Assembly: GCA_002269645.1 (NCBI GenBank)
Contig: NIVC01004219.1
Span: forward strand, 1 to 54,327
DNA length: 54,327 nt
From: Macrostomum lignano
Taxonomy: Eukaryota
Direction: 5' to 3'
Position 1 is the first letter of the stretch. Every line of letters starts with the position of its first letter. The notes below the pieces were generated by a model, which ran no database searches, was not told the DNA's origin, and saw only the letters and a program-made list of their open reading frames with translations. This document shows, in pieces, positions 12,091 through 24,707 of this stretch. The position numbers and the translations under genes were made by a program.

Positions 12091-13429
12091 AAAAAAATCA
12101 TATTTGAAATTGTGCACTTTTTTAAACTAGCATTGAGAAAACTTTATAAATATTTCAATACAGGCTGCCAACAAGAAAAATTCTCTTTTTCCTCTTTCAA
12201 GTTTATAATGTAAAAGGACCAAGCAATATTTCTTCTATCCTGGTTTTAGAAGATAACAAATCTCCAAAGTTTGGGAGAATTAATATTTAGATTTAGAAAC
12301 TAAGAAATCACCTTAATAATAAAATATTTAAAAGTAGAACATCTAATAAATCAAGAATAATAATTTCTAGATTCAAAATCTAAGAAATCACCTTAAATCA
12401 GAACATTTATTAGATAGCAGGAATATATAGATTTAAAATCTAAGAACTTTCTTAAAGCAAAATATCTACTAAAGTATAAGCTGCGACCCTTTGATCCTAG
12501 ATAAGTAAAGAGAGGAAAACAATACCTATGGCTATGCACAACTTGATAATAGTAATAGAATATTTTAATATAAAATGGCCCTATTATAACCCAGGATAGA
12601 ATTCTTGTTTGGGGAAAGGAAAATGTGTGCGTACATGCAAGTGCATGTCAGCTAGAATTAGACTATAGTATAGATCATGGCAGCCTGGCTAGTAGGGCCA
12701 TAATGCTAGAATGCCATATTTTTTGTAGAAAATATTCTTTAAAAATTATGAGATTTTCACAAAACTTAAAAGTAACTATTTTTTTTTAAAACTATTATTT
12801 TGTTTTACTTTTGTTTTAGAATTTTCCAGCATAAAAGCAATCTTCTGGACCTAAGAATAGGCCTAATAGAAGAACTTAAGCGCACATAACCATGTTGTAT
12901 ATATGTAAAGTCAAAGCCTATATATGATTTTGCAGCAAATAGCTTTTTATACAAGGGCATATAAGCATACACATACCTTCCTTAAGAGCATGCAAGTGAG
13001 CCCTTTTTCAGTGTGCAAGTGCACACAAATTTGACAAGCATGCATAAATGTGTAACAACTTTTATGCAAGAATTCTATCTTGGATAACAATCTAGTAGCA
13101 TTATTAAGATTTGAAATTAGGTCAATACTGTTACATAGGTTATTTAGTATTATAATAGGTCTTTGCATTTCCAAAAGTAAGAAAATCTAGACCTAATTAA
13201 AAAGGCTAAATGTTGTTAGTTCAGCTATAAATTCAAATTAAAAATAAAATTGCAACAAAAACTATATATTATTAGTGCTAGTATTCTTTTATAATTTTAT
13301 TACTATTAGGCCTAGGCATGGCACCTAAGAGTCTCTGTTTTAGGCATATTAAAAAAAAATGAATGTTTTTTATACCTAGGCTATATCATATGCCTAGTTT
13401 AAAAATTAGTTCAATGTATGGGCAAGGCA

Positions 13430-13815
13430 GCCCTATTGCAGCCAAGGTCTGAACCGCGCCGGATGCCCCCCTTTCCCGCGCCAGACATCGGCAATCTTCA
13501 AGTTTCGTTCGTTTAATTATTTCCGGAATTATTTCGCCCTCTATTCAAGGGTGGTGGGGGTGGGTGTTGGAATTAAACTAACGAAACTTGAAGATAACCC
13601 AGACATCTACCCATACTGCGCCAGGGCCAGTCCCCAGGATCAGTGATTTGGTTCAATTAGTCAGTCAATGGCTCGCCGCGCGCCGCGCGCCGCCGCCACA
13701 CGCCACGCCACCGCGCGCGCGCCGCCACGCGCTGCGCCGCCGCCGCGCTGCGCCGCCGCCAGGCCAATCCGCGCCGGACGCTGTCCACGAAAATGGCCAT
13801 TGGCTGCAATAGGGC
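13430..13815. mobile_element. GC-rich MITE, 16-bp perfect TIR GCCCTATTGCAGCCAA, flanked by duplicated AAGGCA
   Basis: TIRs at 13430-13445 and 13800-13815. AAGGCA at 13424-13429 and 13816-13821. Confidence 0.8.
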
Positions 13816-14559
13816 AAGGCAAGTCCTTGCCTCAGACTTGGTTTGATAAACCTAAGGGAAAACTACTTACTACTGGAAGTGGAACCAACTAAGAATCAAC
13901 CTCAACCCTTGTCTTACTCAGAGTCATATCCTATTCCTATGCCATACTCATTATGTATAATGCATAACTAATGCATAATTGTTCATGGCACAAATCGCAT
14001 AAATATTTTGGCAATCCTCTAGTTTGCCAATATTTCATCAACCATGCATGCTAAATCCAATTTAAGAGACTATTTATATCATTTTAGACTATAGGTATAG
14101 CTAGCTACTGGTTGTGGTTATGCCTCCGTGCCAAACAACAACAAAAATTTCAAAAACTAAGTGAGTTACCTTAATAATATTAATTCGTTTAGGTAGGGGC
14201 CTAATGTATAAAAATGGCAAAACTAGAATACACGAAAGGCAGTAAAAACCTATAAAAATCCATAAGTAGCTGTAATATTATATAAATGGGCCACTTAATT
14301 TAACTTCTATTCTTCTACCAATTTCAGTTTTCTAGTTAAAAACAAAGGCAACCTTGGCCCTTGAACGACCTTTCGGTTTTTGTTTGCTATTATTGATCAA
14401 TATTGAGTCATTAACAACAACGTTTTATTTTGTCTTAAATTTAGCTCAGTTAAACAAAAGCGTCTCATTTAACTAACTTTTGGCTATAGTAGTTTATTAC
14501 AATTAAAAAACAAAAAAGCACAAGTATTTCATAAAACTTAAATTTCGTTTTAACTAACT

Positions 14560-14700
14560 TTGCATTATGTAAGTAACGCAACCTGCTTAATACAATAAAA
14601 CGAGCGTACTTACTTACCGTTGAAAAATTATATTATTATATGGATCACGTGGCCCGCCAGTTAAAGTCACCGCGGCTTAAGATGATGGATTACATATTTG
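14560..14700 (-). promoter_or_regulatory. Candidate FoxN2/3 5' non-coding exon end / promoter
   Basis: Consensus minus-strand donor ACG|GTAAGTAAGT at 14617 and a nearby CACGTG E-box (~14645). Position only; no transcript evidence. Confidence 0.25.
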
Positions 14701-14779
14701 CACGGATTAGTTGTTCGCGAGCCATTATTTTAACGTTACACTTTTCCATAGTGAACAATACGAAATATCGGCCTTTAAA

Positions 14780-17200
14780 ACCCCGAGGATGCGGGTGGCC
14801 TGCTCTGCAGGCCATAGCTAATGGTCTATGGCTTGCGAATAATTTGAATGCTGCTTCGAAAAATAAGTCTGCATAACCGTAGCTTGCGGCTTTGCCTGCT
14901 CAGCAGGCCATGACTATTTTTTTATACAGAAAACATTTGTGAGTCACGGTCAACGAGTTTTTCTATCTGATGAAGTCATTTTTAATAAGAAACAGTAAAA
15001 ATCAAGAAGATAAATTGCTATAACGTATAAACAATGTTTAACAGCTAAACAGCAACAATAACACCTGTTTATAACCAGATGGCATATTGGGTATAACGTC
15101 GGTTTCTCGCTCTAAATTATTTTCTTGATTTTCAGAAATTAATACTTTAATGCTTTTAAACCTGCGTTACTGATTATTTTCCGGCCTTTCCAGATTAGGA
15201 ATTCAGAAGCCTGCTTCATTTTCCTGCTTTGGAGTTTGGACTATTACATTGTGTTACTGTTGACTTTTTACCCTGTGACTTTTTACTTGTTTCTTTTACA
15301 TTTGTAGACTGTAAGTTTAAAAGAATCCGGAAAAGAATTTAGAGCGGGAAACCGAAGTTATGCCGCAAATTGTTTGTCAATTAAGTATGAGCTGCCTTTG
15401 GCTTTGAAAACTAGAAAAAATTAAGTTACACCTGAGCGGCATGCCAGTCGGCAAAGCAGGGGGCTGCGCACAGTCCAGGGTTGCCTTCACATGATCCGCA
15501 ACAGAAGACGGTTTTCTTGGCCTGGCCATTCTTGTAGCACTGCCTGCACCGCTTCGTTGGTCGGGCCTGCGCTTCGGTGGCTTCAATGCGCTTCAGCGAG
15601 TGCTGTTGGTGAGCCACTGCATGGGTTGTATGGCTGCAAGGCAGAGTCCAGCCTGTCGACACCACCCATAAATATGTTGTACGACACAACTGTCTGTTGC
15701 TTCTGCTAGATGACCAGTTCGTTTCGCACGATTCGGTGAACAGGATGAAGTTGGGCTACGCCTTGCGTGTCAAGGAAGTAAACTTTCTTTAGGCCCGAGC
15801 TCTTCCTGTCATCGGCGCGAACTGTGCATGTCAGCATGGTGCTCCGCTGCAGCAGATACATGTACATGTACATCGCAAGACGATAAGATCCGAACCAGCT
15901 ATCGCAGAAGACGTGATAACCTAAATCCAATACGTACCTAACTGCCTCCACCAGGACTTTCTCACTCAGAGACAGCCCCCCACACCCGAGACCTTGACCG
16001 AATCGCTCATTCTCAGCTCTACTAGAGTGCACTAAGAAGTTGCTCACGTAACCGTATCTAGCTTTGCAAAGACAATACAGTTTGATGCCATATCGCGCTT
16101 TCTTGGATGGAATATACTGACGAAACATGACGCGACCCCTGAACAGAACAAGCTCTTCGTCGACACTAATTTATTTTTCTGGCATGTACGCACTGCGACA
16201 TATCTCAGCTACACGCGTAATAAATGGTCTTGCCTTTGCTAGCGGGTCGTTTCCATCGAAGTTGTTGCAGTCATAGAAGCGCAGCTGGCTACTGATCTGT
16301 TGGTACCTGTCCCTTGTCAGGCAAGCGAGTTGTTGGAAGAAACGTGTTGCGTAGAAATCATCTTTGCTCCAATAGTTGGCGATCTCGGGCTTTTTAACTA
16401 TTCCCGATATGTAAAGCGACATGGCGACAAACTTCTTCATCTCGTCCACGGTGACGTCTTTCCACGCAGAGAACCTTTGAGGCAGGTTTGGCATCGATGC
16501 TTGTAGCTCGTCGAATTTGCGCCACGCCCGCGCATTGGTCCAAGTGCAGAGCTGTTGCAGCAGGTCAGCAGTCAGAAACAGCTTGAAAAACGCAGCTGGA
16601 TCGTCATCGGCAGTCTCTGGCCTCGGTAAGTCAGGATCCATACCAGGCATTCCTAAAGAACTCGGGCTCTGTATCTGGCCGTTGATCCTGCCCAGCTTCC
16701 CGTGTCACCCAAGCATCATTTGGCAAGCCTCCGGCGTCTTCATTTGGCTGGAGATGCAGGTCCCCCTCTTCTTCATCTTCACCCTCATCCGCTGTTAGCC
16801 AGCCTTCCTCCTCCTCTAGTTCGGAGTCGGTATCCGGATCAAAATGCACTTGAGCAGCCATGACAAACACTGTCCGATACTTGGAAATTATTGCACTAAA
16901 TAAAGCTGCTGATGATTTAATTAATTAATTGGCACTTGACCTTGATCATATAGCTTCAAGCTTTCTTGATTTGATGAATTCCACAATTTTACTGTGTCAT
17001 TTATACCCACCCACCCGTCCATCCACCCCACTCCACTTTATTTTTTGCTTTCATGTTTATCCTTTATTGCAACGAGTATAAGCTAATCCGCCTGCTATCG
17101 CAGGCTAAGGCTTTGTCAAAAATATGCTGAAATAGTCTATGGCCTGCTCTGCAGGCCATTCCGCAAGCTACGTTGGTGAATAGAATCCCAAACAGCAGTT
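14780..17200 (-). mobile_element. Decayed piggyBac element with subterminal inverted/palindromic repeats
   Basis: Transposase remnant inside. 14880-14925 is an imperfect inverted copy of 17128-17172. TTAA-flanked termini not identified. Confidence 0.75.
15426..16870 (-). pseudogene. piggyBac (PGBD4-like, DDE_Tnp_1_7) transposase pseudogene
   Basis: Acidic N-terminus, then FFKLFLT...DEMKKF...YWS, VDEELVLFRGRVMFRQYIPSKKARYGIKLY, GYHVFCDSWF, YNIFMGGVD, and a C-terminal Cys-rich CRQC...CGSC...LCAAPCFADWH. In-frame stops at 16171-16173 and 15706-15708, frameshifts near 16640 and 15600, and a deletion before the Cys-rich domain. Confidence 0.92.
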
Positions 17201-18224
17201 GGCTGACATACTCTCGTATTGTTTTTACTATGTATTTACAAATCATAGTGTAAAATATACAACAAGATCGACGCAGAGGGCCGATTCGGAGACCTCTTGC
17301 TATAATATGTTTGTATATAGAACACGCACATGTATGGTGGGGAATGGAAGGTTGTGATCATCTGCATTAAGTGTTCAGTGCTTGCAAGGAATTTATATAT
17401 ATATACTTGCGTATTTAGTCATTCGACTGTACAATTTTAAAATTTCATAACCGAAAAGCAGTGCCTGTTTCCGTTTCGCACAAGACACGTACACTAGGGC
17501 AAAAACGTATACATGTACAGTATATGTAGCTCACATACCACGTCGACGCACATTTACGTGTACTTTATATTTACATACACACCTTATTTAGAGAATTTAG
17601 CTGAAACTTCAGCCCCGCACATAGCCCACATGGCCCAGCTGAATCATGGATCGTATTTTTAAAAACGCTATAGCTGTCGTGAAAATCGGTTTTAATCGGT
17701 TGAATTGCCGTTTCTTTACAAGATCTGACTTGAGTTTCTGTGAAAGAACACACAAGAACGTAAGGTCTTCACTATTAAAATTAAATTTTCTCGACAAAAT
17801 TTCTTGCGTCTATGACGATACCCGATTTATGAATGCAACATGCAATTCTCAGATCATCGTGTAACATATTTCTAATTAAAAAAGGAAAATCATGTTTAAT
17901 TGCATGATTTTCCCAACACTATAATTTTGGTGTGAAGTTTGTTCAATTTTCAAGTGGCTGAATTACTTCTACAACCAAGCAAGAACATGCAGTATAGAAT
18001 TATCAGCTTCCAGAATCTCACCCTGTCAAAATGCAATGCAGCTGCTGGGAACTCACGCGAATTTTTACGCCATGCCATCTGTCAACCTTCTGACATATTG
18101 TAACATGAGTAGTAGAATTCACGTCGCGGAAGTTATATTAGCTAGCTAGCTATCGATTCGCACAGAACTTTAAATTGACAGATTCTTCGCCAGATGCATG
18201 GCATTCAAGAGAAGCAGAGTCAAT

Positions 18225-18452
18225 TGTTTGCTATTGGCTGGCAGGCCAGCAGCCAATCAGATCGACGCCCTGGCTCTTGTTCAGTAGGAATTAAACACTT
18301 CAAAACAGCCACAGCAGACGTTTGCTTTCGCACAGACAGGTAGAAAACTTTCCCCATGGCATAGCGAGAGACGTGGGGGATGAGTTTCCCCATCTAGTTC
18401 CAACATCCGCTGGTGAATATTGCAGCTCTCGGCCAGCAGGCTTCGGTGCAAG
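18225..18452 (+). promoter_or_regulatory. Candidate promoter and 5' UTR exon of the GT32 gene
   Basis: Opposed CCAAT boxes (ATTGG ~18233, CCAAT ~18253), a consensus donor AAG|GTAAGT at 18453, and a possible acceptor CAAGCAG immediately before ATG 21080. Inference only. Confidence 0.3.
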
Positions 18453-18654
18453 GTAAGTGTCAGCAGACATTGGGTATTATCAAGAATGGTGGCAGTTGCG
18501 TTCAGGCGATTGATGGAAGAAAATATGAACTGACAGTCAGGCCTTTTGCGGCTATATGTTGAGCCACAATTCATAGCTACAACAGTATACGACAGTACAC
18601 CATAGTGTCACGGTAAGCCACGTCTACATGTATGGCTACTATAGTGTCACATCC

Positions 18655-21021
18655 TGCCCCACATTCACACAGTGTCCACTATAACAGCCCCACATTCACA
18701 CAGTGTCCACTATAACAGCCTCACATTCACACAGTGTCCACTATAACAGCCTCACATTCACACAGTGTCCACTATGATAGCCTCACATTTACACATTTTC
18801 CACTATGATAGCCCCAAATTCACACAATGTCTACTATAATGGCCCCACATTTACACATTTTCCACTATAACAGCCTCACATTCAACAGTGTCCACTATAA
18901 TGGCCCCACATTCACACAGTGTCCACTATAACAGCCTCACATTCACACAGTGTCCACTATAACAGCCTCACATTCACACAGTGTCCACTATAACAGCCTC
19001 ACATTCAACAGTGTCCACTATAATGGCCCCACATTCACACAGTGTCCACTATAACAGCCTCACATTCAACAGTGTCCACTATAATGGCCCCACATTCACA
19101 CAGTGTCCACTATAACAGCCTCACATTCACACAGTGTCCACTATAACAGCCTCACATTCACACAGTGTCCACTATAACAGCCTCACATTCAACAGTGTCC
19201 ACTATAATGGCCCCACATTCACACAGTGTCCACTATAACAGCCTCACATTCACACAGTGTTCACTATAATGGCCCGAAATTCCCACAGTCTCCACTATAA
19301 TGGCCCCAAATTCACACAATGTCCACTATAATGGCCCCACATTCACACAGTGTCCACTATGATAGCCTCACATTTACACATTTTCCACTATAATAGCCCC
19401 AAATTCACACAATGTCAACTATAATAGCCTCACATTCACACAGTGTCCACTATAACAGCCTCACATTCACACAGTGTCCACTATAACAGCCTCACATTCA
19501 CACAGTGTCCACTATAATAGCCCCACATTCACACAGTGTCCACTATAATGGTCCCACATTCACACAGTGTCCACTATAACAGCCTCACATTCAACAGTGT
19601 CCACTATAATGGCCCCACATTCACACAGTGTCCACTATAACAGCCTCACATTCACACAGTGTCCACTATGATAGCCTCACATTTACACATTTTCCACTAT
19701 AATAGCCCCAAATTCACACAATGTCTACTATAATGGCCCCACATTTACACATTTTCCACTATAATAGCCCCACATTCACACAGTGTCCACTATAATGGCC
19801 CCACATTCACACAGTGTCCACTATAACAGCCTCACATTCACACAGTGTTCACTATAATGGCCCGAAATTCCCACAGTCTCCACTATAATGGCCCCAAATT
19901 CATACAGTCTCCACTATAATGGCCCCACATTCACACAATGTCCACTATAATGGCCCCAAATTCACACAGTGTCCACTATGATAGCCTCACATTTACACAT
20001 TTTCCACTATAATAGCCCCAAATTCACACAATGTCAACTATAATAGCCTCACATTCACACAGTGTCCAGTATAATGGCCCCACATTCACACAGTGTCCAC
20101 TATAACAGCCTCACATTCACACAGTGTCCACTATGATAGCCTCACATTTACACATTTTCCACTATAATAGCCCCAAATTCACACAATGTCTACTATAATG
20201 GCCCCACATTTACACATTTTCCACTATAATAGCCCCAAATTCACACAATGTCTACTATAATAGCCCCACATTCACACAGTGTTCACTATAATGGCCCGAA
20301 ATTCACACAGTGTCCACTATAATGGCCCCACATTCACACAGTATCCACTATAATGGCCCCACATTCACACAGTATCCACTATAATGGCCCCACATTCACA
20401 CAGTGTCCACTATAATGGCCCCAAATTTACACAGTGTCCCTATAATGGCCCCACATTCACACAGTGTCCACTATAATGGCCCCACATTCACACAGTCTCC
20501 ACTATAATGTCCCCACATTCACACAATGTCCACTATAATGGCCCCAAATTCACACAGTGTCCACTATAATAGCCTCACATTCACACAGTGTCCACTATAA
20601 TGGCCCCAAATTCACACAGTGTCCACTATAATGGCCCACATTCACACAGTGTCCACTATAATGGCCCCACATTCACACAGTGTCCACTATAATGGCCCCA
20701 AATTCACACAGTGTCCACTATAATGGCCCACATTCACACAGTGTCCACTATAACAGCCTCACATTCACACAGTGTCCACTATAATGGCCCCAAATTCACA
20801 CAGTGTCCACTATAATGGCCCCACATTCACACAGTGTCCACTATAATGGCCCCAAATTCACACAGTGTCCACTATAATGGCCCACATTCACACAGTGTCC
20901 ACTATAATAGCCTCACATTCACACAGTGTCCACTATAATGGCCCCAAATTCACACAGTGTCCACTATAATGGCCCCACATTCACACAGTGTCCACTATAA
21001 TGGCCCCAAATTCACACAGTG
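18655..21021. repeat. Minisatellite, 31-bp unit (CACATTCACACAGTGTCCACTATAAYRGCCY), ~2.4 kb
   Basis: 31-bp periodicity (18661/18692) with recurrent variant units. Confidence 0.97.
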
Positions 21022-21079
21022 CCCAGCAAGTACACAACAGAATGCAGTTCTCGCATATCCCGCACTCTTCCCCAAGCAG

Positions 21080-21764
21080 ATGCGATTAACCTGCCTGCAG
21101 TGGCGCCGCCGCAACAGCCAACAGCAGCTGCTGTGGGTGCTACTGACCGGCGCCAGCGCCCTCCTAACCCTGGCCGTCCTGTTCGGCCCGCTCCAATCGC
21201 CATTTCGCTACTGGGGCCGCCCGCCGCCGCTTGTTCACCAGATGTGCTCGGACCTGGGCAGCATCCCCAGGCAGTACCGGCCCTACGCCGAGTCCTGGCT
21301 GACCAGCCACCCCCGCCATCGCTACCTGCTGTGGACGGACAGCGGGCTGCGCCGCCTGCTGGCCAGGCACTACCCGGAGGCGGCCAACTGGACCCGGCGC
21401 CTGCTGCGCTCCCGCCTGGAGTTCTCCGACGTGGCCCGCTACTACCTGCTGCTGCACTACGGCGGCATCTACGCCGACTTGGACGTGCGCGCGCGGCGCC
21501 AACTGCCGGCCTATCTGGACAGTCTGGCCAATCGAAAATCGGCCGCCTGCGGCTGCTACCTCGGCCAGGAGCCTGTCGCACACGCTGTGCTGCTATTCGG
21601 CTTGCCCTGGTTGCCTAGCAACGCGCTGATGGCGTGCTCGCCAGGGCACAGCTTCCTGCGATTCGTCACCGACCTGTTGCCGCTGTACGTCAGCCGGCGG
21701 GCCAGTGCCCTGCCCGGCGAGGGCGAGAGCCGCCTGGGCGGCTTCGGGGCCAACAAGTACACGG
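21080..21764 (+). CDS. GT32 DXD glycosyltransferase (Gly_transf_sug; SUR1/OCH1-like alpha-glycosyltransferase), exon 1
   Basis: N-terminal TM helix (LLWVLLTGASALLTLAVLFG), SWLTSHP..YLLWTD, SDVARYYLLLHYGGIYADLD (DXD), SNALMACSPGHSFL. Donor ACG G|GTGAGC at 21765. Confidence 0.9.
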
Positions 21765-21802
21765 GTGAGCTTGGCCGGCTGCCCTTTTCTAAGAAATTTT
21801 TC

Positions 21803-22358
21803 TAAGCTTAAACAGAAACCAATGCATGCTTAAACAGAAACCATTGCAAGCTTAAACAGAAACCAATGCAAGCTTAAACAGAAACCAATGCAAGCTTAAA
21901 CAGAAACCATTGCAAGCTTAAACAGAAACCATTGCAAGCTTAAACAGAAACCATTGCAAGCTTAAACAGAAACCAATGCACGCTTAAACAGAAACCATTG
22001 CAAGCTTAAACAGAAACCATTGCAAGCTTAAACAGAAACCATTGCAAGCTTAAACAGAAACCATTGCAAGCTTAAACAGAAACCATTGCAAGCTTAAACA
22101 GAAACCAATGCACGCTTAAACAGAAACCATTGCAAGCTTAAACAGAAACCAATGCAAGCTTAAACAGAAACCAATGCAAGCTTAAACAGAAACCAATGCA
22201 AGCTTAAACAGAAACCAATGCAAGCTTAAACAGAAACCAATGCAAGATTAAACAGAAACCAATGCAAGCTTAAACAGAAACCAATGCAAGCTTAAACAGA
22301 AACCAATGCAAGCTTAAACAGAAACCGTCGCAAGCTTAAACAGAAACCGTCGCAAGCT
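21803..22358. repeat. Minisatellite, 22-bp unit (GCAAGCTTAAACAGAAACCAWT)
   Basis: About 25 near-identical copies starting ~40 bp after the GT32 donor. Confidence 0.97.
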
Positions 22359-23069
22359 CCACAAGCCTCCAGCAAAAAGTTTCTTTAAATGGGCCAAGAA
22401 TTTCGGTACAGCCGTATAAAATGCGTTGATTTTAAGGCACGCACGCGCGGATTAGACTGGGTTAAAAAAGCTGGCTATAACACAAAAGGGACTCTAAGGT
22501 GGATTTTCTATTTGAATTCAACCGGACAGCACTATGAGACAAAAGCTTCATCATCCTTACTCAGCTGAGTTTTCAATGTAATATCCGGTCTCCTCGGAGT
22601 CTTTTGTTTCACTTTCTATTGTGTGTTTCCAAGCGGAGGGTGAATCAGGTTTCCGCTCGGTCAGCTGGCTGTACTTTAACAATTATAATACGCACCCAAA
22701 ATTTTCACGCCTGCGCAAGAGGGCGATTAGGGATTGAAAAAATGTTCGACTGTTTGAGTTTAGGCCATAGACAGTGAAAATAAGGCAACAAAGAATGAAC
22801 AGCGAAACAAGTCCACGCTGTGTACAGGTCCAAAACACAGTCAGTAACGGGTATCGAGCGTGCAACAGACTCTCACTCGTCAAAGCATTCCCAGAACAAG
22901 ACGAAGCATGTGGTTGAGCTCCAGATCAGCCATTTGGCGGACGATCGTTGTCGTCTGTGTTACACAGATGCCTTCACTTTACTCATGTACACTCGATATT
23001 GTGACGCTTCTCCCTGTGACACCAGATATAATCGGACTTTACTTCCTTGCCCTCATTTTGACAATGCAA

Positions 23070-23420
23070 GCACTCATTTTAGCGCCGTAGGCACGATCAT
23101 TTTGGCACCACAGGCACTCATTTTAGCGCCGCAGGCACTCATTTTGGCACCACAGGCACTCATTTTAGCGCCACAGGCACTCATTTTAGCGCCACAGCCA
23201 CTCATTTTAGCGCCAGAGTCACTCATTTTGGCGCCGCAGGCACTCATTTTAGCGCCACAGGCATTCATTTTAGCGCCAGAGTCACTTATTTTGGCGCCGC
23301 AGGCACTCATTTTAGCGCCACAGGCACACATTTTAGCGCCACAGTCACTCATTTTGGCGCCGCAGGCACTCATTTTAGCGCCAGAGTCACTCATTTTGGC
23401 GCCGCAGGCACTCATTTTAG
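23070..23420. repeat. Minisatellite, 21-bp unit (CACTCATTTTRGCGCCRCAGG)
   Basis: Explains the QALILAP repeat ORF. Inverted counterpart at 24365-24692. Confidence 0.93.
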
Positions 23421-23625
23421 CTGTTCAATCCAAGGACTGGGGGTCGCCACACACACCCTCAATTACCCCAGCTAATGCTGGCACCCATTTTACAGCTGAG
23501 AGAACTGAAGCAATGCAGATCAGTTTAGTGTCTTTCTCAAGGACAAAAATTGTTCCGGGTGGGGTCGAGAATCGAATCCCCGACCGTTCTGTCGTTAGTC
23601 TGACGCTCTAACCACTAGGCTACCA
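23420..23625 (-). mobile_element. tRNA-derived SINE with CORE(MIR)-like central domain
   Basis: Minus strand shows box A TAGCCTAGTGG, box B-like GATTCGATTCTC, then GTCCTTGAGAAAGACACTAAAC...TGCTTCAGTTCTCTCAGCTGTAAAATGGG. Confidence 0.75.
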
Positions 23626-24030
23626 CTTCTCATCCTGACTCTCGGAGCTTCTCATTCTGACTCTCGGAGCTTCTCGTCCTGACTCTCGGAGCTTCTCATC
23701 CTGACTATCCGAGCTTCTCGTCCTGCTCTCGTAGCTTCTCATCCTGACTATCCGAGCTTCTCGTCCTGACTCTCGGAGCTTCTCATCCTGACTCTCCGAG
23801 CTTCTCGTCCTGACTCTCGTAGCTTCTCATCCTGACTTTCATGTTTCATGTACATTCTGACTCTACGAAATCTCCATTCTTGACTCTCAGCTTCTCAATC
23901 TGACTATGAAAGTCCTACTTTCAACTTTTTTCTCACCATGTCACAGAGGTTTAGCAACAGTCATAAGTAGTTCGAAGCAAGAATGAGATTTTCGGTGTTT
24001 TGCAATGCGCTGATGCATGCAAAGTCTATC
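23626..24030. repeat. 22-bp array (CTTCTCATCCTGACTCTCGGAG) plus unique tail; left arm of a long diverged inverted repeat
   Basis: The reverse complement aligns by eye to 25755-26205. Confidence 0.85.
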
Positions 24031-24237
24031 ATGTTCAACGATGAAAAACTGGGTGGAGCAGTTTCACTGACTGAGTAATGCAGCATTTCTGTCTGTGGTC
24101 CTAAAGACGCAGCTCGAGCAAAAGTGCTTGAGGCCACAAATTTTTTGAATGCTTATCGAACAATCATAAATATTTAATGACGCGCCATTCGAACCCGTGT
24201 GAGAGGTATCGCAGCCTCTGCTAAATACACTCAGCGA

Positions 24238-24707
24238 CAGGCGCGTCGCCACCGGGGGGACAGGGGGGACATGCCCCCCCCCCAGTTAAAGCTATGGGGG
24301 GCATGCATCCCACCTTGTGACCCGTTGTGGTAATGAATAAGTTTTCTTCAGGGAGCCAAAATATAGCGCCTTCGGCGCCGAAATGAGTGACTGTGGCGCT
24401 AAAATGAGTACCTGCGGCGCCAAAATGAGTGCCTTCGGCGCCGAAATGAGTGACTGTGGCGCCAAAATGAGTGAATGCGGCGCAAAAAATGAGTGCCTTC
24501 GGCGCTAAAATGAGTGCCTGCGGCGCCAAAATGAGTGACTCTGGCGCTAAAATGAGTGACTGTGGCGCTAAAATGAGTGACTGCGGCGCAAAAAATGAGT
24601 GACTGTGGCGCTAAAATGAGTGACTGCGGCGCAAAAAATGAGTGCCTGCGGCGCTAAAATGAGTGACTGTGGCGCTAAAATGAGTGACTGTCTGAAGGCG
24701 CGTCTGA
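24238..24707. mobile_element. Possible MITE carrying the 21-bp GGCGCCAAAATGAGTG array (24365-24692)
   Basis: CAGGCGCGTC at the left versus GGCGCGTCTG at the right (8/10 inverted match), with a G/C-run subterminal region. The array itself is certain; the TIRs are weak. Confidence 0.5.

Noticed and set aside
21012-21618. Overlapping alternative-frame and antisense ORFs over GT32 exon 1 (likewise over FoxN exons)
   Set aside because: Shadow ORFs from high GC3 codon usage.
22820-23611. 263-aa ORF with (QALILAP)n
   Set aside because: Translation of a 21-bp intronic minisatellite plus a SINE; no coding signature.
23555-23625. Possible true tRNA gene
   Set aside because: No convincing acceptor stem or poly-T terminator, and it continues into a SINE body.
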